Positions 20,720 to 30,583 of a stretch of DNA of 64,000 bases are shown here, in pieces; position 1 is the first letter of the stretch; each line of letters opens with the position of its first letter. Under the pieces are notes generated by a model that saw only the letters and a list, made by a program, of their open reading frames with translations, was not told the DNA's origin and ran no database searches. Where the stretch lies: IMG/VR virus record IMGVR_UViG_3300035698_014365, positions 12,710 through 76,709 of that record; one strand, written 5' to 3'. A program made the translations under genes and the position numbers. The stretch is from a virus.

Positions 20720-22861
20720 TTATTCCGCACCCTCTTGCGGAATTTCCATATACTGCTCCTCTGGGGACGAGAAATCACCCCCGCCCTCGGGGGGAGCAAC
20801 CTGTTCTGGCTGCGAGTTGGTAGGCTGACCCTGTGAAGGGCCACCAGGAGCTGCGCCTTGGGGGGCACCGCCTGGCTGCGCACCAGCTTGCTGAGCCATC
20901 TGCTTTAGCATCTGTAGGGCCTGTTTCTGCATCAGAATTGACTGTGCAGTCTGGGCCTTTGTACCTTCAATCTCAGAAATCGCCTGCAGCATGTCGCGCA
21001 TTTCCTTGAGCTTGCCAAGCATCTCGACCTTTTTCTTCTCCTGCGGATCAAGCTCTATGGTCTGGAGAATGCGGTTGGTCAGAATGCGAATCTCTGCCTG
21101 GAACAGCTCTGGGTGCGCCGACAATATCTTGGTGATATCATAAAGCATGGCCTGCTCACCAATGCGCTGAGTTGGGCTGTCCTTGCGCAGGGTCACATAC
21201 ACGTTGGCCCGCGGCAAATCAGAGATACTGTTCTCGTAGAGCCGTTCTGTGCTCTCGCCGTCAACGCGGTACTGCGGACGGTTGAACTCGATTTCCTCGT
21301 CAGTGTCGCCGTCGCGAATCTTGCGGTACTGGTCCTTATAGGTGATGCGCGCCTGATTGTACCACGCCTCGCCCTTGTTCATAAGATGCTGGCGCCAGTT
21401 GTCATACAGAACCAGGGTGCCGAGCTTCGTGACCGCATGCCGCATTTCGAATAGAACGCCGGACTCAGACTGTGGGCCCGTGCCCTCGAGCGCTGGCGTG
21501 ACCGGGAGGACTTCGTTGAACAGGCTCAGGGTCTGCCCTATGTCCTGCATAATCGACGACGGAACCTCTTTGTTGGCAACCTGCCCCATCACAAGGCGGG
21601 GGTCACCGTGCGCAGCGACCATGAATCCAGGCTTCGTAGCATTCTCGCTGATTTCACGGAACGTGGTCTGCGAGGTGTCGAGTGCATCGACGTTGACGAT
21701 CTTCATGTCAGACGCCAGCGACGCAATAATGTCGTCTTTCTTGGCTTCTCGGTAGTTCAGGGTGCGCACGAGGTCGATTGCGGCATCCATGACGCCCTTA
21801 TCGATACCCATCTCGCGGCATGCACTGAAGGGGAAGTAGCCGATAAACCCGCACTGAACGTCGTGGTCGCCCTCATACAGGAACGTCGTACGCGAGATGT
21901 CGGGGCAGCACACGCCGAGCTTCAGCGTACGAGAGGTGTATGGAAATTCCTTGACGTTGCTGAAATCGGTGATTTTGTAGCGCTTCATGTACTTCTGAAC
22001 GTCGGCACGGCCCTCAATATCCAGCGGAAATTCAATCCAATCGCCATTTTCGTTCTTGCCGTACAGCCTGGTTGTCTTCTTTTCCTCTATCCAGCGGTAC
22101 TCAATGACCAGATACTTGTCACCCCATCGGTTCGGGACGCGCTCAAACGTATCGACGTTATCAGAAAAGCCCACATCCTCCTGAGAATTGCTCTGGTCCC
22201 GAGCAATGCTGCGGAACGTGTCGTCGCGGATGTCCCACTTGTCGATCATTTCCTGTGGGGTGAACCATGCGTGCTTGATTGCGCGCTTCCAGTCCTTCAG
22301 GTCATCGGTAATCCAGTAGGGGTCTTTCAGTACCATGCCGCTCTGGGGCGACGTAAACGCAAGCGCACCCTGTGGGCGGAGGTCGTAGCGGACCGTAAGC
22401 TCCTCGTACCCGCTGTGCAGGAGGCCGCGGAGGCAACATCGATTCTCACTGTTGTGGTAGTTGTATTGCTCAGCGTCTGCATGATACCAGTGCTTGAGCT
22501 TCTGGAGGGTCCAACTGTTTTCCTGATCGAGGGCCTGAAAGTCGAAGTCCCACTTTTCAGACAAGATTGAGCCTGCGAGGGTGTCTATTTTGCGGCTCGC
22601 TACATCGATGCTTACCGGGTGGCGACCGTCCTCTACGATTTTGCTGTACGATTCGCGGTCCCAGGAACTGCCGTCTACGGGCACGTAGGCCCGGATGTTG
22701 CGGAAAAGCCTGTCTCGTTGAGAGCGCGTCTTGGTGAGCCAGTCGTCGTTCTTGCGCTCTATGTCATTGATGAAGTCGTTACTCGAACTCTCCAGCTCCC
22801 GATAAGGGATGTTGGTGGAGATATTCGGAGCACGAATTTCCTTGGTATCAGCCATCCCCAT
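20720..22861 (-). CDS. Portal protein (P22-like)
   Basis: 713 aa; GRHPVSID and SESGVLFEMR motifs; Gln-rich C-terminal coiled coil; gene position. Confidence 0.8.
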   Translation of the reverse strand: MGMADTKEIRAPNISTNIPYRELESSSNDFINDIERKNDDWLTKTRSQRDRLFRNIRAYVPVDGSSWDRESYSKIVEDGRHPVSIDVASRKIDTLAGSILSEKWDFDFQALDQENSWTLQKLKHWYHADAEQYNYHNSENRCCLRGLLHSGYEELTVRYDLRPQGALAFTSPQSGMVLKDPYWITDDLKDWKRAIKHAWFTPQEMIDKWDIRDDTFRSIARDQSNSQEDVGFSDNVDTFERVPNRWGDKYLVIEYRWIEEKKTTRLYGKNENGDWIEFPLDIEGRADVQKYMKRYKITDFSNVKEFPYTSRTLKLGVCCPDISRTTFLYEGDHDVQCGFIGYFPFSACREMGIDKGVMDAAIDLVRTLNYREAKKDDIIASLASDMKIVNVDALDTSQTTFREISENATKPGFMVAAHGDPRLVMGQVANKEVPSSIMQDIGQTLSLFNEVLPVTPALEGTGPQSESGVLFEMRHAVTKLGTLVLYDNWRQHLMNKGEAWYNQARITYKDQYRKIRDGDTDEEIEFNRPQYRVDGESTERLYENSISDLPRANVYVTLRKDSPTQRIGEQAMLYDITKILSAHPELFQAEIRILTNRILQTIELDPQEKKKVEMLGKLKEMRDMLQAISEIEGTKAQTAQSILMQKQALQMLKQMAQQAGAQPGGAPQGAAPGGPSQGQPTNSQPEQVAPPEGGGDFSSPEEQYMEIPQEGAE

Positions 22862-23093
22862 GGTCCACCACCAATGCTGGCAAGTGCTTGAAATCGAAAT
22901 GATAGCTCTTTGGCATACGCTTCAACTGCACCATCTCGCCCTCTGCGCGCATCTCAAACCACTGCCGACACTTCGCGTCCGGACAGTGTATGTAAACCCT
23001 TGTTATTTCGCCCTTGTCCACCTCTATGCCCAGCAACAGCTTCTTGTAGCCCTTGTGTATGTCCTCCGGGCAATCAATCCTGTACTTGCGCAT
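22848..23093 (-). CDS. Small Cys-containing (zinc-finger-like) protein
   Basis: 81 aa with DCP and HCPDAKC. Confidence 0.5.
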   Translation of the reverse strand: MRKYRIDCPEDIHKGYKKLLLGIEVDKGEITRVYIHCPDAKCRQWFEMRAEGEMVQLKRMPKSYHFDFKHLPALVVDHGDG

Positions 23094-23095
23094 AG

Positions 23096-23131
23096 AAAAA
23101 GGGCCCTTCCCGTGTGACCAGAAAGAGCCCT
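23096..23131 (-). terminator. Intrinsic terminator-like hairpin upstream of the portal operon
   Basis: Minus strand AGGGCTCTTTC-10 nt loop-GGAAGGGCCCT followed by TTTT. Confidence 0.6.
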
Positions 23132-23167
23132 GGCGTGGGATGTTGGCGAATGACGCATTCAGGTATG

Positions 23168-23197
23168 AATATATCGACCATGTATGCGTATCGTCAA
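23168..23197 (-). promoter_or_regulatory. Sigma70-like promoter for the head/tail operon
   Basis: TTGACG-18 nt-TATATT on the minus strand in an AT-richer intergenic gap. Confidence 0.5.
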
Positions 23198-23252
23198 GGC
23201 ACCCAAAAATGCCGGTAGCAACATTATGTTGCTACACGGACGCCATTTGTTG

Positions 23253-23672
23253 CTACGCGGTGCGGTTGTGCCCAGAGGCACATTGCAGCTCCACAGTGCC
23301 GTCTCCGCCCACTGCAACAATGCGAGAACTGGGGGTTTTGCACTGCGGGCACTCACCATATTCGGTAGTTAATCCATAGAACACCTCTTTGGCGAGAGCG
23401 GCAAGCTCTGGGGCATCCTCATCTGACACCATCGGCTCAGAAACCTCTGTATCATCGCCCTCAACCACGATTTTCTCAGGATCGACGACGACTGCCTTCA
23501 CCTTCTCGTCAGGCCCGGGCTCAGGCACATTGACCACCGCAGACGAGACGACCGGTTCTTCCGGCGTTTTCTCATCCCTTTTCCGCTTCTCCTTGTACGC
23601 AGCGAGTGCAGCCCCCTCTGGCACCCATCGAGCATCCTCGTCGCTTCCAGCGTAAACTCTGTCGCCTTTCAT
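23253..23672 (-). CDS. Hypothetical acidic protein with a C-terminal zinc ribbon
   Basis: CPQC...CASGH; AGGAGG RBS. Confidence 0.6.
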   Translation of the reverse strand: MKGDRVYAGSDEDARWVPEGAALAAYKEKRKRDEKTPEEPVVSSAVVNVPEPGPDEKVKAVVVDPEKIVVEGDDTEVSEPMVSDEDAPELAALAKEVFYGLTTEYGECPQCKTPSSRIVAVGGDGTVELQCASGHNRTA

Positions 23673-23682
23673 GCTATTCCTC

Positions 23683-24447
23683 CTATTTCACCAGTTTCAC
23701 CGTCCAGGTCCGCTCATCGAGCCAGTCCCTGACACGGCACAGTACTTGTTTGGCGCTCGCCCCGCCCTTCATTGGGATAACCCATCCCGGATACCAGAAG
23801 TCGAGGCAGGCGCCGTAATTGACAGGAATATTGACCTTCAGGCCGTAGAACTCTATTTCCATCAGCTCTTCAAGGTGCTGCTGTGGGATGCCCTTCATTA
23901 TCGCGTCGTCGGTCTTCTTGTCAAATTCAATCACATTCGGGTCGAATTTACGACGGGTCACCCAGCGACCGGCCTTTGTGTGCCAGTAGTAGCCATTCCA
24001 CGGAAACATGAGCCAGTGGCAGAACTTGTTGTTGTCGCCGTGGTGGCGCAGTGTGAACCACGCCAGGCGATGCGGGCTTATCTCAGGGTTGACCTCCTCA
24101 GCAAGGACAGCCTCCTCGCCACGCTTCACCTTTCTGGCAATGGCTGCAAAGTCTATCTGATGGCCATCAGGGCACTTTCTGGTACACCAGTGGCCCCGGG
24201 CAAAGAACATCCCGCACTCGCCCAGCAGGCGGAAATAGTCGGCCTCCTGCTCAGCGGTTATCTTGTCCGCGAGAATGCACATATCAACGTCGTCGTCGTG
24301 GCCAATGAAGTCGCCCTCCCTGATTATCCCAAGGAGAAGGCCAAACCCGATGAATAATGCGTGCCGTATGCCAGCCTTGTCGGCACAGCGCAGCATTATC
24401 TCGATGTCGTCGATCGCCTTTTTCTTCTTTTCTGGCGTATAGCTCAT
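23683..24447 (-). CDS. LicD-family nucleotidyl/phosphotransferase
   Basis: FGLLLGIIREGDFIGHDDDVDM; C-terminal P.NY...L..WY..W..P. Confidence 0.85.
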   Translation of the reverse strand: MSYTPEKKKKAIDDIEIMLRCADKAGIRHALFIGFGLLLGIIREGDFIGHDDDVDMCILADKITAEQEADYFRLLGECGMFFARGHWCTRKCPDGHQIDFAAIARKVKRGEEAVLAEEVNPEISPHRLAWFTLRHHGDNNKFCHWLMFPWNGYYWHTKAGRWVTRRKFDPNVIEFDKKTDDAIMKGIPQQHLEELMEIEFYGLKVNIPVNYGACLDFWYPGWVIPMKGGASAKQVLCRVRDWLDERTWTVKLVK

Positions 24448-25145
24448 AGATCCTCGCAGGACTTGACAACAACCTTCCCATCAGGGGACTGGCTCTGGCC
24501 ACGGAAGTACTGCCGGAAGCGCCACCCGGGATACCACTGGTCGAGAAGTGTCCCGTACGCAAAGGGAATGCGCATTTTGTACGGCCCATGGTCCTCAAAT
24601 ACGTCATATCGCCAGATGCCGTCCTCTCCCAGCAACCGAGACGCCTCCGGGTGAGCGGCCCCGCGGATACGCGCAATGGTCTCTGGCGCCGGCTCAAGCA
24701 GCTCTTTCCGGGTCTTCTTGAACACGTACTTCGAAGGAACCTTCTTGCCCTCCCGGTTGTAATCGTACGTGTACAGGTAGTCGCCACCGCGCGGATAGAA
24801 CGCATAGATGTCCACAGTGGGCGTCCCGTGCAGCCGCGACTCAGCCGGCACACAGTGAATATTGAGCGGGCGACCGTCCTTATCATTCTTGATAGACGTG
24901 CTGACCTTGTAGCCAAGCGCATCAAATGCCTTCTGGAGCATGTCTTCGTCGAGTTCCTGGAAGAAAACCCCTATGTCGATGTCGTACGCATCGATTGAGA
25001 AGGTGCGGTCGGCCACATACTCGAGCATTGTCCCGAACGCGTGGAACCAGCGCAGGGGCCTCCCGTGGCGCCCGGCGAGGCTGTCCATTGCTGAGGATAT
25101 GCGCTCAAACACAGCGCGGGCAAGAATCTCGTTATTCATGCTCAA
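24444..25145 (-). CDS. LicD-family protein (divergent)
   Basis: FGTML...DIDIG; VDIY; PFAYGTLLDQWYPGW. Confidence 0.7.
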   Translation of the reverse strand: MSMNNEILARAVFERISSAMDSLAGRHGRPLRWFHAFGTMLEYVADRTFSIDAYDIDIGVFFQELDEDMLQKAFDALGYKVSTSIKNDKDGRPLNIHCVPAESRLHGTPTVDIYAFYPRGGDYLYTYDYNREGKKVPSKYVFKKTRKELLEPAPETIARIRGAAHPEASRLLGEDGIWRYDVFEDHGPYKMRIPFAYGTLLDQWYPGWRFRQYFRGQSQSPDGKVVVKSCEDL

Positions 25146-26106
25146 TGCTCCGAATAAGGGTTTTTAGGTACTTTGCGGCAACCGGGAGGGACAGATCCTT
25201 CTCGTACATTTCCGAGTAATGATCCGGCTCCCCGGTGAGCGAATACGCCTTGTGTGTCCTGACCTGGTCCCAGAAATGGGCCTTGTCAGCGAGGATAACG
25301 GGGTATTTATAGCCCCATATCTGCAGACTGTCACGGGCAACGACGGGGAGTCCACAGGCAAGGAACTCAGAAACCACCCTCGGACAGCTATCATCGCGAT
25401 TGTACGGCGCTATGCCCACATGACACTTGCTCATGGCCTTCGGCATTGACTCACGTGAAACATGCTTGACTTTCACGTTCTTCGGCGGCCTCTTCCCCTT
25501 CAGAGGATTTCCGAGCTGGAGGACGGACAGATCCTTGGGCACGGTGTCCCATACCCAGCCCACCCGCTTCCTCTTGTCCTTCGGGTGAATTGCCACAAAG
25601 CACACGTCGTATTTTTTCTGCTGCCTGTCGCGATATCCAAATATGTGCGACGCAGGCTTTATCCACAGGCTCGTACGCATGTACGGGTAGAGCTCATTGA
25701 CACGGGCCTTCTGCTTCTCGGAATCGACCAGCACCATGTCGTAGTCCAGAAACGACGACTCGGGGACAAATCTCTTGCCGGCGCCGTAGTACACCTTTAT
25801 TGCCCAGTGATATCGTTTGAATATCGGGATGTACTCAGGGAACCCTCCCCGGGCAATTATCATGTCGGGCTTCACGGGGTGGACGTAGCTCTGTAGCCGC
25901 TTCACGAACTTGACCTCGAAGTTCTCAGAGTACCGCACCGTGCGCTTGTGACCACCATAGAGGACGGTACACGTGTCTGAAGGCCCGGTCATGGCGTAGG
26001 CAAGCTCCGTCCATTGATCTGTCTCGTCCTCGATGCTGTCGTACAGAATCTCTTTGGGGTTCTCCCGGTCCTTCGGAAAGAATCCGCGTAGGAACAGTAT
26101 GTTCAT
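25132..26106 (-). CDS. Glycosyltransferase, GT4-like (GT-B)
   Basis: MNILFL start; DSCPRVVSEFLACGLPVV. Confidence 0.85.
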   Translation of the reverse strand: MNILFLRGFFPKDRENPKEILYDSIEDETDQWTELAYAMTGPSDTCTVLYGGHKRTVRYSENFEVKFVKRLQSYVHPVKPDMIIARGGFPEYIPIFKRYHWAIKVYYGAGKRFVPESSFLDYDMVLVDSEKQKARVNELYPYMRTSLWIKPASHIFGYRDRQQKKYDVCFVAIHPKDKRKRVGWVWDTVPKDLSVLQLGNPLKGKRPPKNVKVKHVSRESMPKAMSKCHVGIAPYNRDDSCPRVVSEFLACGLPVVARDSLQIWGYKYPVILADKAHFWDQVRTHKAYSLTGEPDHYSEMYEKDLSLPVAAKYLKTLIRSIEHE

Positions 26107-27221
26107 TCGTTGATTATCTCCGTTACGTGCCACACCTCATCATTGTGCAGCATCGGGTGAATGGGAAGGGTGAGTTCGTGTTCCTCGTACCAGCGCGCAC
26201 CGTCCAGCGTGCCGTCCTTTTCACACACGTCGTACATCGGATACCGGTGGTTTGATTTGTAGTGCATCCCTGCGTGAATATCCGCCATCGACAGCCTGCG
26301 GTACACCGTGTTGCGGTCAGCGAAAAACACGGGAAAGAAGTGGTTGCTACTCAGCGACGGCGCATGGCTCGGAAATAGCGTTCCCTCAAGCGTGATGTTC
26401 TTCTTGTAGAACTCGGCAATCTCAGAGCGGCGCCGGTTGTGCTCGTCGAGAACCTTCAGTTGTTCAAGGGCAATCGTGGCCGTGATGTCGTTCATGTGGG
26501 CCTTCAGGCCAACCAGCGGAACGCCGTACTCCCACGAGTAGCCATCACTGTACATGCGGGAGATAGTGTCCTTGTCGATACCCAGCCAGCGCATCTTATT
26601 TGGCGGCTCACCCTTCCACGACGCCAGTGATGGAATCACGAGCGCGCCACCATCGCCAATGCCCAAATTCTTGACCGCATGGAAGCTGAAGCAGCACTGG
26701 TTCTGAGAACACCCGATCGGCTCGCCGCTCATATACGTGCTTCCCATGGCGTGCGCACAGTCCTCAATTATCGGAATCTCTGCTGCGAGAGCAATCCCAT
26801 CTATTCTACGCATGTCGCACGGATACCCTCCGAGGTGCACAATGACAATAGCCTTGGCGTCAACCTCCTCAAGCATGCGCTCTATTGATTCAGGGTCGGC
26901 GCATCCCGTTGACCACGTCACGTCGTAGAACACCGGCTCCAGCCCCTCGTAGAGCAGGGCGTGGTTGGTGGACACAAAAGTCATTGGTGTGGTGAGCACC
27001 TTGTCGCCAGGCTGCAGTCCCAGATTTTTGACTGCGAGGTGAAGTGCCGACGTACAACTGTCTGTGGCCCACACGCGCTCGTGGTTGACATGGAACCTCT
27101 CTGCCAGAGCCTTCTCAAATTCAGCGACCTTCGGCCCGAGGCCAATCCACCCACTGTCCAGCACCGGGCGCAGGGCCTCAAGGATGTTGTCTGTCTGCAT
27201 TGCTGGTCGAAATACCTGCAT
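26103..27221 (-). CDS. DegT/DnrJ/EryC1/StrS sugar aminotransferase (PLP)
   Basis: SCTSALHLA, IIEDCAHAMG, FSFHAVKNL..GDGG, LTLPIHP. Confidence 0.93.
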   Translation of the reverse strand: MQVFRPAMQTDNILEALRPVLDSGWIGLGPKVAEFEKALAERFHVNHERVWATDSCTSALHLAVKNLGLQPGDKVLTTPMTFVSTNHALLYEGLEPVFYDVTWSTGCADPESIERMLEEVDAKAIVIVHLGGYPCDMRRIDGIALAAEIPIIEDCAHAMGSTYMSGEPIGCSQNQCCFSFHAVKNLGIGDGGALVIPSLASWKGEPPNKMRWLGIDKDTISRMYSDGYSWEYGVPLVGLKAHMNDITATIALEQLKVLDEHNRRRSEIAEFYKKNITLEGTLFPSHAPSLSSNHFFPVFFADRNTVYRRLSMADIHAGMHYKSNHRYPMYDVCEKDGTLDGARWYEEHELTLPIHPMLHNDEVWHVTEIINE

Positions 27222-27223
27222 CT

Positions 27224-27859
27224 CTACTCCTTCACCCAAAGGACGAATTGGTGCTTATGTGGCTTCTTCGCTGTCCGCATCTCAACCCTGAACCCCGCCT
27301 GCTTCATTCCCGCCCTGATCTCGTGTCTGATTCCGTCATACAGCAAGCCGTCAAACAGCCCCCCCTTGCAGTGCATGGTCAGCAGAACCATCTTGGCCCT
27401 CTTCACAACTTCTGGGACCATATGCCAGAATATCTCATACTCGGCACCGTAGCAGTCAAAGCGGATGAAGTCCGGGCGCAGATCAATGTTGTCGCAGAAA
27501 TCATCGAGCTTGCTGGAGGGCACCGTCTCCACCTTGCCCTTTGTTTTGCGCACCTTCCCAACCTCGCTGTACAACGAACTGTTCCGGCTGTCCTTCCCCG
27601 AGTAGCAGTTCACCCTGACTCTCCCGGTGACGCTGCCAATGGCAAGTATCCTGATGTCCACATGCCGCGGCACATTCGCCATGAGCTTCGGGAAGTTTGA
27701 CGGGTCGGCCTCCACAGCACAGACGCTGGCCTTGGGACACGCCTCGAGCATTGCATTTACGCCGTCGCCCTGGTGGCTGCCTATCTCAAGGACAACCGGA
27801 GACTCGCCAAGGCTCGGCAGCAACTCAAGCGCGCGGACAAATTCAGCTCGTAACGACAT
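27224..27859 (-). CDS. FkbM-family methyltransferase
   Basis: VVLEIGSHQG, AVEADP, LDDF...PDFIRFDCYGAEY. Confidence 0.8.
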   Translation of the reverse strand: MSLRAEFVRALELLPSLGESPVVLEIGSHQGDGVNAMLEACPKASVCAVEADPSNFPKLMANVPRHVDIRILAIGSVTGRVRVNCYSGKDSRNSSLYSEVGKVRKTKGKVETVPSSKLDDFCDNIDLRPDFIRFDCYGAEYEIFWHMVPEVVKRAKMVLLTMHCKGGLFDGLLYDGIRHEIRAGMKQAGFRVEMRTAKKPHKHQFVLWVKE

Positions 27860-28712
27860 CAAATACCTCTGCAAGTTTTCTCCCGGAAATACTCGGGTGG
27901 TAGTTGGTGGCATGCGCACGGAAATCAGCAGACACAGCTTTCCTGTCCGTGTTGAGACCATTCGACTCGACAAGCTCAGGGTGCCCACACTGTTCAACCG
28001 TTGAACGGTACGCGATGCAGTCAGACACAACTGCCGGCAGCCCTATGGCCATGCACACGAGAAGGCGATTATTTGACTTCATGTTCACGGCCCAGTGGGG
28101 GTGGTGGGCAAGCACGGCCAGATCGCAGTCGCGCAGAATATCGATAAGGGTGTCAGCCGACCAGCGCATGAATATCCAGTCCTTGAACCCGGGTAGCTTG
28201 CGGTCACAGATGTACACACGCTCTTCGTACAGCCCAACTCCCGGATAATCCTTTGCCGCCGCGACATTCTGCCAGCGCCCGAACGTGGCAATGCGCGTTA
28301 TCTTGTCGCGCAAAATCACGGGGGGCTCCTCCATGGCACCGTAATCAATTGTGTCAGGCACGACAAATACCGGGAGGTCAGTATGCTTCATCAACTCGTG
28401 GCGCTTCTCCTCGGTGTCGGTTGTCACGGCATCACAATAGCGCATCATCTTGTCGTACGGCTTGTCGCTCCAGTTCTCCCGAATATCATCCATGTCCAGA
28501 ACAACGGCAACCCCTTTGCGTTGAGCCTTCTTTGCCGCAGAAATTGTCCAGTCCCTCAGCAGCTTCTGGATATAGAGCACCTGAAAGCCGTCAAACGTGC
28601 CCTTGTATTTGCTGTACGAGTACCCCTTGGGCAGCGCCTTCAGAAACGCCTTGTACCTGATGCGCCTGGACGCAGAGGTCTTGTCCTCAATCGGAATGGT
28701 TGCTATTCTCAT
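27843..28712 (-). CDS. Glycosyltransferase (GT-B-like)
   Basis: ASRRIR, VLDMDD, VVPDTID, KSNNRL...MAIGLPAVVS. Confidence 0.75.
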   Translation of the reverse strand: MRIATIPIEDKTSASRRIRYKAFLKALPKGYSYSKYKGTFDGFQVLYIQKLLRDWTISAAKKAQRKGVAVVLDMDDIRENWSDKPYDKMMRYCDAVTTDTEEKRHELMKHTDLPVFVVPDTIDYGAMEEPPVILRDKITRIATFGRWQNVAAAKDYPGVGLYEERVYICDRKLPGFKDWIFMRWSADTLIDILRDCDLAVLAHHPHWAVNMKSNNRLLVCMAIGLPAVVSDCIAYRSTVEQCGHPELVESNGLNTDRKAVSADFRAHATNYHPSISGRKLAEVFDVVTS

Positions 28713-29362
28713 TTCTTCCAGAACTCCCATAAGTGGTCGCCGCGCGACTCTTTTGTTATCCGCTTGAACCCGTCAGACTTAAACTGTCGGCACAACTCCT
28801 CGTACTTGCGCCGATACTGCTTGGTGTCGAATGGGGCATGAGAATGCCACGACACAAATATCGCACGAATCTCCTCTGGCACACCGTCAAGCACGTCGTA
28901 CTCGGCGCCCTCAATATTGACCTTGAGCAAATCGACGGGACGACGGGTTCTCTTCTTCAGGGCATTCAGGAGGTCTGTCAGGCGATACGACATCACGGGA
29001 ACCTTCCCGTACCCCGTAATCTTCCCGCTGCGCTTCTTCTCCTTCAGTGGCTCCCTGAATATTGTGCAGCCCTGAGAGCGGTCTTTCCCCTTGTACTTAT
29101 CCGGGATATACAGTTGGGAGTACCCCTTGTCGGCAGCAACAACGCAGGCGGACACGACAACCCTCTCGTCACCCTTGAATCGCTCCTCAAGCCTGCATAC
29201 GCTCCGAGGCAGCGGCTCCACAGCGACAACGAGTTTGGCGCCGGCATCCAGCCATATTTTCGTGGTCTTCCCCGTGTGGGCACCAAGGTCAATGACAATA
29301 GGGCTTCTCTGCCCCATCAGGTAGCCTACGACCGTCTCAATGCCGGGGCGCTTCTCACTCAT
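28709..29362 (-). CDS. FkbM-family methyltransferase
   Basis: VIDLGAHTG, VAVEP, VDLLKVNIEGAEYDVL. Confidence 0.85.
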   Translation of the reverse strand: MSEKRPGIETVVGYLMGQRSPIVIDLGAHTGKTTKIWLDAGAKLVVAVEPLPRSVCRLEERFKGDERVVVSACVVAADKGYSQLYIPDKYKGKDRSQGCTIFREPLKEKKRSGKITGYGKVPVMSYRLTDLLNALKKRTRRPVDLLKVNIEGAEYDVLDGVPEEIRAIFVSWHSHAPFDTKQYRRKYEELCRQFKSDGFKRITKESRGDHLWEFWKK

Positions 29363-29363
29363 A

Positions 29364-29861
29364 TCACTTCCTCAGTACGAGGTTCGTGTAAAGGGCTCGC
29401 CCCAGATGCTTTGGCATAGGAGTTTTCCAGTCTGAATACACCCACTCCAAGTACTCCTCAATGGGGGAGTGGCACGGGTACTCGCGCCCGTAGCACACAA
29501 TCTTACCGGGGTACTCAAAGAAGTGGGCGGGCATGCGCCATGTGTTGCGCACTCGGTAGGCCCCCTTCTTTTGAAACGCTGCGACTGCCACCTCTATGTC
29601 TCCGCAGACACCGATTACCCGTAGTTTCTTCTTGGCACTGTGAACCTTGGTTTTGAAGTTGAGCTTGCGCAGCCCTCGCGCCACCATCTTTTCTTTCCCA
29701 AGCAAATCTTCTGTCTTGCAGCAAAAATCAAGGTCGTTGTCGCCCTGTATGACACCGCCTTCGCGATAGAACCCCAGAAGAGTGCCAAAGGAAATCCAGT
29801 ACGGGACGCCTGCGGCGCGGAGAATTTTGTCCGTCTCGACCAATGCGTGCTCGTGGTTCAC
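29364..29861 (-). CDS. LicD-family protein
   Basis: YWISFGTLLGFYREGGVIQGDNDLDF; EEYLEWVYSDWKTP; GTG start coupled to the upstream stop. Confidence 0.85.
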   Translation of the reverse strand: MNHEHALVETDKILRAAGVPYWISFGTLLGFYREGGVIQGDNDLDFCCKTEDLLGKEKMVARGLRKLNFKTKVHSAKKKLRVIGVCGDIEVAVAAFQKKGAYRVRNTWRMPAHFFEYPGKIVCYGREYPCHSPIEEYLEWVYSDWKTPMPKHLGRALYTNLVLRK

Positions 29862-30583
29862 TCTTTCACCCCCACCACGATGCAGGTTTGCCAATCCATG
29901 ATGATATCTCCGTCCACAAAGCGCATGTTGTAGGCGTCCTTGACATACTGAGGGGCACCCTGGTGCAGCCACCAAATGCTGTCGCGCTTCGCTTGCTCCT
30001 TTTCGCTATTTCGCAGCCAGTTGTTGAGGCTCATTCCCTGCTGCACCACAACGTCAACGCGCTTCACCCTGCACTGCTCGTCAACAAGCCCAACAAGGGT
30101 GTCGGGGGTATAGCAATTTCTGGCTTCTTTCACCTTGAACATCTCAGTGAACCAGCCGAGGCAGCCACGCGGAGGCACGCCCTCAACAACACACAGGCGC
30201 CCACCCGCGCTCAGAGAGCTCGCCACAGACGCCATGGCAACGACTTCGTCGGTCACTACGTGGTGAAGAACCATGCGCATGACCGCTATGTCGTAGGCGA
30301 GAACGTCGAGGCCGTGAACTATGTTGGCCGCCTCTATTGTGAACTTGTCGCCAATGCACCGCTCCCTGCACTTTTCAAGCATCTCTTCGCTCGAGTCGAG
30401 CATGTCCACGTGCTTCACGTAGGGGGAAAGTGCGGCACCCACCGCGCCGGTCCCACAGCCCGCGTCAAGCGCATAGTCGCCCGGCTTAGGATCGACGCCG
30501 CGCAGGACCACAGAAAGGTCCGTGGCGTCATTCACCCACAGCAGGTTGTCGTAATTGTCCGCCCTTGAGTTGTCCCAGCTCAT
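29858..30583 (-). CDS. Class I SAM-dependent methyltransferase
   Basis: ALDAGCGTG, DSSEEML, MVLHHV. Confidence 0.9.
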   Translation of the reverse strand: MSWDNSRADNYDNLLWVNDATDLSVVLRGVDPKPGDYALDAGCGTGAVGAALSPYVKHVDMLDSSEEMLEKCRERCIGDKFTIEAANIVHGLDVLAYDIAVMRMVLHHVVTDEVVAMASVASSLSAGGRLCVVEGVPPRGCLGWFTEMFKVKEARNCYTPDTLVGLVDEQCRVKRVDVVVQQGMSLNNWLRNSEKEQAKRDSIWWLHQGAPQYVKDAYNMRFVDGDIIMDWQTCIVVGVKE

